Part shown: in pieces, positions 15,813-26,200 of the stretch
Position numbering within the stretch: position 1 is the stretch's first letter
Layout of the letters: every line of letters starts with the position of its first letter
From: an uncultured Clostridium sp.
GTDB taxonomy: Bacteria; Bacillota; Clostridia; Christensenellales; Pumilibacteraceae
Assembly (NCBI GenBank): GCA_900555125.1
Contig: USKH01000001.1
Span: 1-34,159 of the forward strand
Length of the DNA: 34,159 bases
Direction: 5' to 3'
Position numbers and translations under genes: made by a program
Notes under the pieces: generated by a model
What the model saw: only the letters and a program-made list of their open reading frames with translations
Database searches by the model: none
Told to the model about the DNA's origin: nothing

Positions 15813-18479
15813 ATGAAAAGGTTAATGAAAAAAGCGTTCGTGGTGATAATGGCGCTCACGGCTTTATTGGGAGTCGTGGCGTGCAACACGAACACTGCTA
15901 CGGAAGTAAACGTAGTTATAGGCTCCGCCGTCACCGAAATCAGGGCGGGAGATTCTGTAACGCTTACCGCAACAGTAACCGGTGCGGACGATAAAACCGT
16001 AACATGGACGTCTTCGCAAAAGGACATACTTTCGGTAACCGAAGACGGTGTGGTAACGGTAGTCGCCGCGCCGCAGGAAGACACCGAGGTGGCTGTTATC
16101 GCAACCGCAAACGCAGATACGTCCAAAAAAGCCGCTCATCTGTTTACCGTTCTTAAAGGCGAAGCGTTAAGCATTTCGCTTAACACCAAAACCGCAACCA
16201 TCAAGGCGGGCGAGACGGTAAAGCTCACCGCAACGGTAACCGGCGCGGACGATACCGGAGTTATATGGGCATCCGAAAACGAAAAGTTTCTTGCCGTTTC
16301 CGCGGACGGAGTTGTTTCCGTTGTCGAAGCTCCGTCGGTGGATATGACCATAAACGTTACCGCAACCGCAAAAGCCGATAACAGCAAGAAGGTTGCCTGC
16401 ACGTTCTACGTCAAGAAAAAGATTTCCCAGGGCGAAGTGGGCGACCTTACAGCCGCAATGATCGAAGAGATAGGCAATTCGGCAATCACCGTAAGCGGTA
16501 AAATCACCGATATCTACAAAGATCTCAAAACTCCGTCCAACAGCAGTTCCACGGTATACGACATGACCGTAAAAATGGAAGACGGCAAGTGGACGGGAAA
16601 ACATAATGCGGAAGGTAACGAATTCAACGTCATTTCCAACACGTATCTTCGCGGCGAAAATATTGTAACCGATTCTTTGGGAGTAAGCGGCTACGCTTTG
16701 CAGGAATCGTACATTGACAGACACAACACCGCAACTGTCGTTCCCGTAACCAATTATCAGGGATATCCTTCCGTGTGGGAAGAACAGCATCTGTACAACC
16801 ACATGGGTCAGTTTGACGTCACCAGATTCAAATTCGACCAATCGGTGGGCGCATACGAATATCAGATCGAACACATCAACGAGCGCGGCGACAACTACTA
16901 CGGTTCGGACGGAAAAGTCGATATGACAAAGCCCGCCGCAATCGACGAGTATCTTATGACTTATCTTGCTCATTCGCTGACTTCTATTTTTGAAACAAGC
17001 GAAAAATTCGACGTGTTCTATTTCTATGTCGAAAACGGTAAAATCACAAAAATTTACGCCGAAACGAAAAGAGCTTACGGGTATGACGACGACGGCAAAA
17101 GCATATTGGAAATGGCTTACAGCATCGCCGAACTCGATCTCACCGAAGTGGGAAGCACAAAAGTGGATCTTCCTTCTCCGCTCGAAGGCCCGGCGGGGAC
17201 CAATCAGAAAGGAGAAAAATTACGCGATCTTCTCGATAAAGCCATTACGGAAATGAAGAGCGCGAAAAGTTATACCTATACGCTCAAAGACGTTTCGACT
17301 TACGTTCCTTCTACCGGCGGAAACGACTATGAACTTTCCGCAAACGGAGCGGTTTACACTATGGGAACAGGTACCACCGTTCACAACGGAACAGCCTCTG
17401 TCGGAACGGTAGGAAGCGTGGCATACGTAACCGAAAACGCCGTACTGTTCAAAGAAACGTTCAAGTATGAGGCAACTATGGACGGAAACGCCTACCGGAC
17501 CACTTACAGCGGGTACAAACAGATAGACGACGGCAGCGTAAGCGGAAAGCCTTATTACGACGAGTTTTCTTACTCGAAAAATTCGGACGGAAACGGTACT
17601 CCCGCAATGGTGGGCGACAAGAGAGTGTACGGCACAATCAGAGAAAACGCAATGCCGGCATTCGATTTCTCCGCGGATATTTTCCAGTTTGCGGGCAGCG
17701 AACTGAGAAACGGCAAATTCCTGCATAAGTTCTATCTGGTTACTACCAACATAAGCAAGGAAATCGCCATGCAGATGTCCGCATATAAATACGCAAGCAA
17801 TGCCGCTGCGGACGGCGCGGTGCTTTTGCAGCTGATTGTGGATGATAACGGTCGTCTTATCGAAACCGTATTCCCGTACAAACTGTCGCGCGGCGACGTG
17901 GGATATTGCACGTCCACGTACAGCAATATCGGTACCACCGAACTTCCGGAAGGAGTTTTCAACGGCTATGTTGCAAGAGAGTGGAAAACCGAATGGAAGC
18001 AGTACGACACCAAATACTATTATCCCAACCATACTCTGCTCGGCTGGACTACGGAGACGTCCACTGTAAACAGCGAAACCGTTCTTCGTGCGATTTTCGG
18101 TGACGCGTACGGCGATTTGCCCTCTCCCGGAGTTTTCATGGAAGTGTTCGGCGACGAACTTTCCGGACCGTTCTTCAATTGGGATACCGTTGAAAACGGC
18201 GACGAAAAAACTTACTACGATTATATTTCCGTCAACACACGGAGTCGCAATTACGACGACAATATGAGGATTACCGACTACGACAAAATCATGGCTGCTC
18301 TCGACGAAAAGCTGGGTGCGTGCGGCTATTCCCGTTCGCAGGCTAACTGTGACACGAGCGGACAGGACAGAGTGGTAACCTACATAAAAGGAGACGTGCT
18401 TATCGTCATCACCAACAACCAAACCCGTCATTTCTCCATATATTTCCGTAAGGCGGGCGAATGGTCGCTTAAAAAGTAA
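15813..18479 (+). CDS. Lipoprotein (888 aa): 2 tandem Big_2 domains + ~680-aa uncharacterised domain; paralogue of the preceding gene
   Basis: AAGGAG at 15801-15806 precedes the ATG. MKRLMKKAFVVIMALTALLGVVAC is a signal peptide plus lipobox. Two 85-aa Big_2-like repeats (VTLTATVTGADDKTVTW / VKLTATVTGADDTGVIW). The C-terminal region aligns by eye with the C-terminal region of the 12990-15587 product (see findings). Confidence 0.88.
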   Translation: MKRLMKKAFVVIMALTALLGVVACNTNTATEVNVVIGSAVTEIRAGDSVTLTATVTGADDKTVTWTSSQKDILSVTEDGVVTVVAAPQEDTEVAVIATANADTSKKAAHLFTVLKGEALSISLNTKTATIKAGETVKLTATVTGADDTGVIWASENEKFLAVSADGVVSVVEAPSVDMTINVTATAKADNSKKVACTFYVKKKISQGEVGDLTAAMIEEIGNSAITVSGKITDIYKDLKTPSNSSSTVYDMTVKMEDGKWTGKHNAEGNEFNVISNTYLRGENIVTDSLGVSGYALQESYIDRHNTATVVPVTNYQGYPSVWEEQHLYNHMGQFDVTRFKFDQSVGAYEYQIEHINERGDNYYGSDGKVDMTKPAAIDEYLMTYLAHSLTSIFETSEKFDVFYFYVENGKITKIYAETKRAYGYDDDGKSILEMAYSIAELDLTEVGSTKVDLPSPLEGPAGTNQKGEKLRDLLDKAITEMKSAKSYTYTLKDVSTYVPSTGGNDYELSANGAVYTMGTGTTVHNGTASVGTVGSVAYVTENAVLFKETFKYEATMDGNAYRTTYSGYKQIDDGSVSGKPYYDEFSYSKNSDGNGTPAMVGDKRVYGTIRENAMPAFDFSADIFQFAGSELRNGKFLHKFYLVTTNISKEIAMQMSAYKYASNAAADGAVLLQLIVDDNGRLIETVFPYKLSRGDVGYCTSTYSNIGTTELPEGVFNGYVAREWKTEWKQYDTKYYYPNHTLLGWTTETSTVNSETVLRAIFGDAYGDLPSPGVFMEVFGDELSGPFFNWDTVENGDEKTYYDYISVNTRSRNYDDNMRITDYDKIMAALDEKLGACGYSRSQANCDTSGQDRVVTYIKGDVLIVITNNQTRHFSIYFRKAGEWSLKK
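15906..16415 (+). repeat. 2 x 255-nt tandem Big_2 coding repeat
   Basis: Units start at 15906 and 16161. Shared DNA string: ACCGCAAC(A/G)GTAACCGG(T/C)GCGGACGATA. Confidence 0.85.
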
Positions 18480-18540
18480 TAAAAGGTAAATCAATCTATC
18501 GGTAAAAAACAAAGTAAAAACTAAATAAAGCGAGGACGAT

Positions 18541-21500
18541 ATGAAAAGAATAGCAACATTACTAATCGCACTATTCGCGGCAACCGTTCTCGTACTTGCG
18601 GGGTGCGGCGGCAAAACGGAGGACGACAATCCTCCCGCGCCGTCGGCAACCGTCGAGGTTACCACAACGACAGATAGCCTCGAAATAGGAAAATATGACG
18701 TGGCAGGCAAAAATTACACGTCGTATTTTGCTATTAAGGACAACGGCGTTTCCATGCCGGTCCGCCGCGAATACGTAAATTCCGACGGAGTTAAAGCCGA
18801 ACCGGGAGTGTATTCGGTTATATGCAAGTACAAGGACAAACAGGCGACGCTGACGGTTACCGTGCGGCAGCCCGAAATAGAGCTAAGCGCGAAACAGGCG
18901 CAGATATCCATTAAAAAAAGACATGCAGAAGGTTTTGATTTTACGACGCTGTTTACGCTGACCGAGGACGGACGCGAAATACGAATGCCCGACGGATCCG
19001 TACAAAGCAATGTCAGGACTTTGCCGGGCGAATACGAAGTAACCGCAACCGTTTCGGGCAAAACGGCAACCGTAAAAGTAATAGTCGAACAGCCCGAATG
19101 CGAAATAAAAGTTCAGCCTTCCGAAATAGAAATAGTCGACGAAGAAGTTTCCTACTACGACTTTACCACGCACTTTACGCTCACCGAAGACGGCGATAAA
19201 GTTGCCGTCACGCGTGAAATGCTGCAAGGCGAAGTGCTTGCTGCTCCCGGCGAATACACGCTTACGCTTACCGCAGGCAACGCGACAGGCAGCCTTACGG
19301 TAAAGGTATTGCATCGCGAAAAAGCCGAGGCGTATGTGTGCTATAAGGTGTACGAACTTACCGAAGCCGAGGCAAAAACTTTCGATTGCACTCGTCTTTT
19401 CATGCTGTTCGTGCGCGGAAAAGCCGAAAAGGTAACCTCCGGAATGGTGGACGGCTCGCCTCTTGCAAACGCCGTCGCCGGCAACGAGTACAAAATTAAA
19501 TTTTCGTATACTTACGAGGGCGAAAAAATCGAAAAAACGGCAATTGTCAGGGTAGTGGCGCCGCCGGAAGTGCGAATAATTTCCAAGAACGTCGAAACCT
19601 ATCCCAACAGCGGAATGCTGGATCTTAAATCGTTGTTCACTATTTACGAAGGCGACAAAGAAATTCCCGTCACCGCCGATATGATAGAAGGATCGGTAAA
19701 TTATTCCGAGGTGGGCGAAAACGAAATTACTCTTTCCTACGGCGGGAAAACGGCGAAAGCAGTGGTTTACGTGCGCATGGGCGTGGTTATAGATGCACCC
19801 GGCACGATAAAAATCCGGAAAGGCACCAACAAGGAAAGTTACGATTTTGCGGGCGATTTTGCCGTTAAAATCAACGGGATGAACTTCTCGCTTATTCCCC
19901 GCGCATATATCGGCGGTCTTGACAAGGTGGATTTCGGAAAAACAGGCAAGTACGAGGTAACTTTGTCCGTTCCGTACTGCACAACCGCTCCGGACGTGTG
20001 GTCGGGTACGGTTGACTTCGATACGACTACGTTTACGCTGACGTACGAGGTTGTGGACAGCTTCTACACCGTGGAAGTCATAAAGCCCGAAATTACGCTT
20101 GCAAAGGGAACTGCTTTCTTCGACGTGTTTTCCAACCTTAAAGTTACGATAAACGACAAAAAACAAACTCTTACTACCAATAAAGACTGGGTGGACGGCA
20201 TCACATGCTATGCCGAACCGGTTTCGGGCGAAATAGATTTTACTTCCGCAGGCGAGCAGCGCGTTCGCATTGCCGTGTATGCCGAAGGGCCGGCAAACGA
20301 GCCGGTGTACGCCGAATATACGATTTCCGTAGATTCCGGCATTACTATAAACGCTTTCGATACCGTTGTGTTCACCGGGGCTACGATTAAAGCAAACGAT
20401 TTATTTGAAATAATAAAGGACGGAGCTAAGGTAGAAGCGACATTCGATATGATAGAGGGCAAAGCCGACGTATTCGTCCCCGGCAGATACGTTTTGAGGC
20501 TTACGTACGAGAAGATTACGTCCGACGTAACAATTACCGTCATCGACGCCCGCATAACCGGCACATATTTTACCGGAATAATGTACGCGGTGGAAGAAGA
20601 CCACGAAGATTACGGCGACGGCAGCGAGGACTGGGGAATAGAAGCAGGCACGTCGTCCGTTGCGCCCACCAAATCATTTGGGGACATGACAATTTCCGAA
20701 AACGGAGAAATGGTGATAAACGGCAAATCCGCGCGTATGGCGGACGCCGAATCCGAAAGAGAAATTAAAGTTTACACCGGCAATGACGACTATACCATGT
20801 ACTACGAAAACGGAATCGCCGTGCTTGTCCCGGTAAATTCGCTGCGCATGTCCTATTCCAACGACAGAAGAGCGCTTGTATATTTTTCTTCGGACAGATA
20901 TGAGCTTGTCGATCGTCTTATTGTCAATTCGTCGTCCAATCACGTAATAATGACCTCGTACGTCTCGTATACCGCCGAACTTTTCAATCTTAAAGACAAG
21001 CAGAGCGGCGAAAACTTTACGTTTGCGCTGTACACGCGTCTTGTCGAAAAGAAAAGCTCCGACAGCTATTACGAAGTCAAGTGGGGAAGAGCCGAAGTTT
21101 CTCTCTCCGGCAGCGCGATAGGATCGACCGGCATGTTTACTTTCGACGGACAAAGTTACAATTTCACGATTACGGACAGGAAATTTGCCAAAATAGACAA
21201 AACCGCCGTTGTAAAAGAATATGCCGGAATGACTTTCCTCGGCACTGCAGACGGAAAAGAAGCCGTTCTCGCGGCAGATAACTACGAGGGATTCGAATAT
21301 CTCGTGGACGGAAAAACGGTGAAAAGATGTTCTGCTTACGAAATGACGTCCGAAAAAGGAGCCGGAGCGGACTATGAAAACAAAACGGTGTTCATGTTCG
21401 GACTCGGTTCCGACTCCGAAAGCCCGTTTGCGTATAAGTTTAAAGTGGATCCCGAAAACAAAAAGTTCGAACTTTTGCAAAGGGACGAGTATTTCGGAAG

Positions 21501-23076
21501 GTACGTTTCCGACAATATGTATATTTTCCTCGACGGCTACGGTACCGGCTTTATCTGCTTCGACGCGAAAAGCTATGCAAAAACCCGTATTCGTTACGAA
21601 GTTAAAGCGGGCGAGCTTATAATCACTTATTTCGACGTTCTGCCGTCGTTTACGTACGGAAAGCGCGCGTCGTTTGTATTCGATACGTTCGGCAATGTGC
21701 TTACGGCGCGCAGTATCGAGGGAATGAACGCAGACGGTATTGTTTTTAGAAATGCGTTTGTAACCGACGGCGCGATAGTTAGCGTCAATAACGACGTAAT
21801 GGGAGCGGAAGCCTCGCTTTCCGCGGAAGCGAAATTTTTTGCCGGCATTGAAATCATCACTGCCGACGGAACGCTTTCCGAGACCGAAAAACGCAAATGC
21901 ACCGATATTTCGACAATCAGTTTCACTACTCCGGGATTTTATCGCTACACCGTTACGGTAAACTTACGCGGCAAGCCCACGACGGCGACGTATGCGCTTC
22001 AGATACTCGAAAAACGTTATGAAGGCAACGATATGGCGGTTTCTCTCGGAAAAGGCGCGGTAACCGGTTATTTCGTTACTCTCGACGCGTACGGCAGAAT
22101 AAGCGTCGATTGCGGCGGTATGCTGTTTACCGGGCTTGCCGACATAGAAGGCGAAAAAATCTCCGCCGTGGCGAAATCCTCGGACGGAGGCAAAATTCTT
22201 GTAAAAGCCCAGCGCGTCAAAGCGGGATTGTTTATGGTGGGATGCACCGGAACGGTTGTGTTTGACGACTATTTCACCGCAGGAGAAAGCGTTGCGATAG
22301 GAGGAAAAAACTTCGTTTTGCGCGCCGTAACGGCAGCCGGAGAAAAAACTTACTTTCTGTCCGAAACGAGTACGCTCATAGGAAGAGAGGTTACCGTTCG
22401 TCTTCTGGAGGGCGGAGCCGTAACCGACGACGGAGCGATAGCGGAAGTAACGGGAGCGGGAATAAGTCGCGTAGTTCGCCTGGATAAATGGGGCGACGTT
22501 AACGGCGGTATAACTTTTGCCGGCACCGAGCGCGGAAACTATACAAGCGCGGACGGAGATCTTGCTTTGGACGGCTTCGGGAAAGCAACGTTTGGCACAA
22601 ATACGGGTTCGTACGTTTTAATGGGCGATAAGCTTGCGTTTACCGACGCGAAGAACGGTAACATTACCGTTTTCGTGCTTAATACAGCCCAAAAAACCGC
22701 CGAAAAAATCCCGTTTGCGGCAGACCAAACGCTGGTGAAAAACAAAACGTACACCGCGACATATAATTTCTACTACGAAAACGAAGCGTATTCGGCAACC
22801 ACGTCGTTTGCGTTCTCGGACGACGGTAAAGTGTACGTTTCCTCGTCTTCGGGAGAATTCGAAGAAGGCGAGTACGCCTCGAAGTACGCCCCCGTCTTTG
22901 TCGGGGAGGGAACGTATTCGGTTAAAGACGGAGTAGTTACCGTTTCTGTCGGTAAAAACACGTTTACGTTTAAAATAACAAACGTTCTCGCGCCCGGAAG
23001 CATGACGCTTACTTCAACCACTCTTAATAGCGAAAGCGCGGGATATTTCGCCGCAGGCACCGTTTTCAACGCATAA
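18541..23076 (+). CDS. Lipoprotein (1511 aa): 8 tandem Ig-like repeats + ~850-aa uncharacterised beta-rich region
   Basis: GAGGA at 18532-18536. MKRIATLLIALFAATVLVLAGC has a canonical LAGC lipobox. The gene starts only 61 nt after the previous stop, with no promoter or terminator between, so it is probably co-transcribed. Repeats of ~74-81 aa carry DF(T/A)..F(T)L.EDG..(V/I)......G.Y.(V/L)T(L/A).....(A/K)T..V.V. Confidence 0.88.
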   Translation: MKRIATLLIALFAATVLVLAGCGGKTEDDNPPAPSATVEVTTTTDSLEIGKYDVAGKNYTSYFAIKDNGVSMPVRREYVNSDGVKAEPGVYSVICKYKDKQATLTVTVRQPEIELSAKQAQISIKKRHAEGFDFTTLFTLTEDGREIRMPDGSVQSNVRTLPGEYEVTATVSGKTATVKVIVEQPECEIKVQPSEIEIVDEEVSYYDFTTHFTLTEDGDKVAVTREMLQGEVLAAPGEYTLTLTAGNATGSLTVKVLHREKAEAYVCYKVYELTEAEAKTFDCTRLFMLFVRGKAEKVTSGMVDGSPLANAVAGNEYKIKFSYTYEGEKIEKTAIVRVVAPPEVRIISKNVETYPNSGMLDLKSLFTIYEGDKEIPVTADMIEGSVNYSEVGENEITLSYGGKTAKAVVYVRMGVVIDAPGTIKIRKGTNKESYDFAGDFAVKINGMNFSLIPRAYIGGLDKVDFGKTGKYEVTLSVPYCTTAPDVWSGTVDFDTTTFTLTYEVVDSFYTVEVIKPEITLAKGTAFFDVFSNLKVTINDKKQTLTTNKDWVDGITCYAEPVSGEIDFTSAGEQRVRIAVYAEGPANEPVYAEYTISVDSGITINAFDTVVFTGATIKANDLFEIIKDGAKVEATFDMIEGKADVFVPGRYVLRLTYEKITSDVTITVIDARITGTYFTGIMYAVEEDHEDYGDGSEDWGIEAGTSSVAPTKSFGDMTISENGEMVINGKSARMADAESEREIKVYTGNDDYTMYYENGIAVLVPVNSLRMSYSNDRRALVYFSSDRYELVDRLIVNSSSNHVIMTSYVSYTAELFNLKDKQSGENFTFALYTRLVEKKSSDSYYEVKWGRAEVSLSGSAIGSTGMFTFDGQSYNFTITDRKFAKIDKTAVVKEYAGMTFLGTADGKEAVLAADNYEGFEYLVDGKTVKRCSAYEMTSEKGAGADYENKTVFMFGLGSDSESPFAYKFKVDPENKKFELLQRDEYFGRYVSDNMYIFLDGYGTGFICFDAKSYAKTRIRYEVKAGELIITYFDVLPSFTYGKRASFVFDTFGNVLTARSIEGMNADGIVFRNAFVTDGAIVSVNNDVMGAEASLSAEAKFFAGIEIITADGTLSETEKRKCTDISTISFTTPGFYRYTVTVNLRGKPTTATYALQILEKRYEGNDMAVSLGKGAVTGYFVTLDAYGRISVDCGGMLFTGLADIEGEKISAVAKSSDGGKILVKAQRVKAGLFMVGCTGTVVFDDYFTAGESVAIGGKNFVLRAVTAAGEKTYFLSETSTLIGREVTVRLLEGGAVTDDGAIAEVTGAGISRVVRLDKWGDVNGGITFAGTERGNYTSADGDLALDGFGKATFGTNTGSYVLMGDKLAFTDAKNGNITVFVLNTAQKTAEKIPFAADQTLVKNKTYTATYNFYYENEAYSATTSFAFSDDGKVYVSSSSGEFEEGEYASKYAPVFVGEGTYSVKDGVVTVSVGKNTFTFKITNVLAPGSMTLTSTTLNSESAGYFAAGTVFNA
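18664..20550 (+). repeat. Eight tandem Ig-like coding repeats (~220-245 nt each)
   Basis: Unit boundaries are marked by (R/E)QPE, HREK, APPE and VRMG at ~18868, 19090, 19309, 19552 and 19770, then ~20090, ~20340 and ~20550. Confidence 0.75.
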
Positions 23077-23110
23077 TCGGTTTGTTTGCCTCGGAACTTT
23101 AAAAAAATAA

Positions 23111-23180
23111 TTGACTAAAATAGATTACGATGCTATAATATATTAATTATATGACTCGCCTTTCCGGCTTTTTATATAAT
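23111..23180 (+). promoter_or_regulatory. Tandem promoters of the 1960-aa lipoprotein gene
   Basis: P1: TTGACT (23111-23116), 17-nt spacer, extended -10 TGcTATAAT (23131-23139). Possible P2: ATGACT (23151-23156), 18-nt spacer, TATAAT (23175-23180). Confidence 0.7.
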
Positions 23181-23217
23181 ACGATAAGCAAAAAATTTTA
23201 TGAAGGAGATATAAGAC

Positions 23218-26200
23218 ATGAAAAAAAGCAGATTTTTGATACTTGCTACGTCTGCACTTATGGCATTTGCTGCTTTTGCGTCGGGCTGTAAGGAAGAAAA
23301 CGTCACTTACGGCGATTGGGTAATAACCAATTTCCCGACTGCAACGGCGTCAGGCACGGCAAAGCGAGTTTCTACGGACGGGAAGAAGACCGAAGAAATT
23401 TCTATTCCCTCTGTTTCCGACGCTTCGTTCTGGACGAAAGTTTCGGAAAAAGCTCCCACTCACACGCTTCCCGGCGAAGCTGTTTACGAGTGTGAATACG
23501 GCAAAGCCACGCTTGCCGTAAAACCTCTCGGTCACGACTATGCCGGTGTTGTCGCAACCATTACCGTTATGCCCACCGAACAGAGCGAAGGCAAAGCTGT
23601 TTTCGTCTGCAAGGACGGCGACGGACAGGACGAAGTTGTTCTTCCCGCGCTCGGTGCAAAAGAATATAAGGTAGAAGAAGCCGGTCATACTACGCCCGGC
23701 ACGGCTACGTTTGACTGCGCATTCGGCTCGGTACAAATCGAACTGCCTCCCACCGGTCACACTTTCAAGGGGAACAAATACAATATTACTCTTGCTCCAA
23801 CGCTTACCGAAAAGGGCAAAGGAATGCACCTTTGCGATAAATACAATCACGAAGAAGAGGGAGAAAAGGGATTTGTCGAAGTGGAAATTCCCGCCCTGTC
23901 CGACGGCGAAGTATGGACCGAAAACGTAAAGAAAGCGGTTGCGCCCACTCACACCGAGCAAGGAATGCGGGTGTTCACGTCCGAGACGTACGGAACGGTA
24001 GAACTTGTCGTTCCCGCACTCGGTCACGACTACGAAAATAATCACAAAGTAGAAACGGTAACCATGCCCACTCTCACTAAGCCCGGAAAGGCAATCGAAT
24101 ATTGCGCCGATTACGAAACCGAGGAAGAGGGCAAAAAAGGAACTCGCGAGATAGTAATTCCCGTTCTTACGGATGAAAACGTATGGACTGTGGAAAAAAC
24201 AACTTACCACACCAAAAAGGGTAAGGCGGTGTATACTTCGGTGTACGGTACGGTAGAGTTCGAACTCGAACCCGAAGGTCACGATTATAAAAGAGAACAT
24301 AAAATCGAAATGATTGTTACTCCCACTCTCAACGAGACAGGTACCGCAATCGAATATTGCGCCGATTACGACAGCGAAAATGGCGCGGAAAAGGGTAAGC
24401 GGGAAATAGTCGTTCCCGCGCTTTCCGACAAAAACGTGTGGACGCTTACGGCAATCGCGCCCACTCACACCAGGGACGGCGCATACGTGTACACGTCTGT
24501 TTACGGCGAAGTAAGACAAACGCTGAAAGCCACCGGTCATAACTACATATACGAGCATAAAATAGAAGTGCTTGTTTCGCCCACTCTCACCGAAAGCGGC
24601 ACTGCAATAGAATATTGCGCTTCTTATGACAGTGAGGAAGAAAAAGGCACGCGCGAAATAGTAATTCCCGAACTTTCCAATGCGAGAGTATGGACCAAAA
24701 CCACGCTTGCGCCCGACTATTATCACGGCACCCGCGACGTATATACGTCGATTTACGGCGAAGCGGTTATCGAGCACGACGATCGCATTCTGCTTCCCTA
24801 CGAAAACAAGTACTATAAGAGCGTGATGTTAAACGCTTACGGCGACAGCGCGTTCGGAAGCGAATACGCAAGAGGAGAGGTTGCGTTTGACTCCACATGG
24901 GCAAACAACGCTCCGTTCTATCTGGGCGCGGACGGCACGGGCGTGGGTTCGGCTCATCCTTTCACCGTCGGCACCAAGTACGAGTTCTACGACTACGATA
25001 TGCAGACCGGCAGAGTAACTTTAAAAGTTCTGCCCCAGTCGGCGCGCACGGTTACCGATGAGGACGGCAACGTCACCACCGAACATTATTACGACGAAAG
25101 CAAGGCTACCATCGAATACGCTTACATCGATTTTGAAACCGGCATAATGATAAAGCCCGCATATAAAGACTACAACTATTCGGTAATCGCAACGCCGTAT
25201 GCGGACGCGATAGACGCGGAAAAGAGCGTGGCGTCGGTGTGGAATAAGGCAATAGCGATGTCGCTTTGTTACAACGACGGCACGGAAAAAACGCTTAATG
25301 TGTTTATTCTGAACGGAAAGGTCTATTTCGGAGCGACGTTTACGGACATTAACGGAGAATCAATTGCCGCAAACGCTTGCTATGGAGCGGAAAATCTGTA
25401 TGTTAAGGACAAAAACGGCAATCTTGTCGCTTCGTTTGGATGGAACGGAACCGATATGGTTGAGCTTGACCACCTGGAGGGAGAATACAACGGCGTCGGA
25501 AAAATATTTATAAGCGGAACCGGACTTGTAAAAAAAGACGGAACGATTGTCGCAAAATATACCGTAATCGACCATAATACAATCGGCGTTACCGCAATCG
25601 ACGGCAGCAAGTACGAAGTTTACACTCTCGATGTTGCGGCAAAGACTTACGAGGCAAAATTGCCCACAGTCACCGTCGAATACGACCTCGGCGGAGTTAC
25701 TCTTGCAAACGAGGACGCTTTTGCCGGTCTTACCGTGACGGAGAAGGGCTACAAAAACGCAACCTTCAATCAGAATACCGTGCTGAATACCGTTACTCCT
25801 TCGGCAGAAGGAAAAGTGTTCTTCGGCTGGAAAACGGCGGACGGCAAAACGTTTACAAGCGGTACCGTGGTGTCCGAAAACCTCGTTCTCGTTGCCGACT
25901 GGCGCGATGAGCTGGTGCTTTACTATCTTGACGCGGAAGGAACCAAGCACGAGATAAAAGCGGCGGAAGGAGTAAGAATAGGCGATTATCTGCCCGTTCT
26001 CGACGACAGATTCGATAAAGAAACGCTTAAATATTATCAGTTTGCAGGCTGGAACATCGGAGGAAACGATATTCCGCTTGACACGCCCGTTGCCAAAGGC
26101 GCGGCGGGAAAAACGCTCGAAGCAACCTGGAAAGAGCTAAGCGCATATGACGGAACTTACAACGGCGGCGAGATATGGAACGGCGGCTACGGCAACGGCG

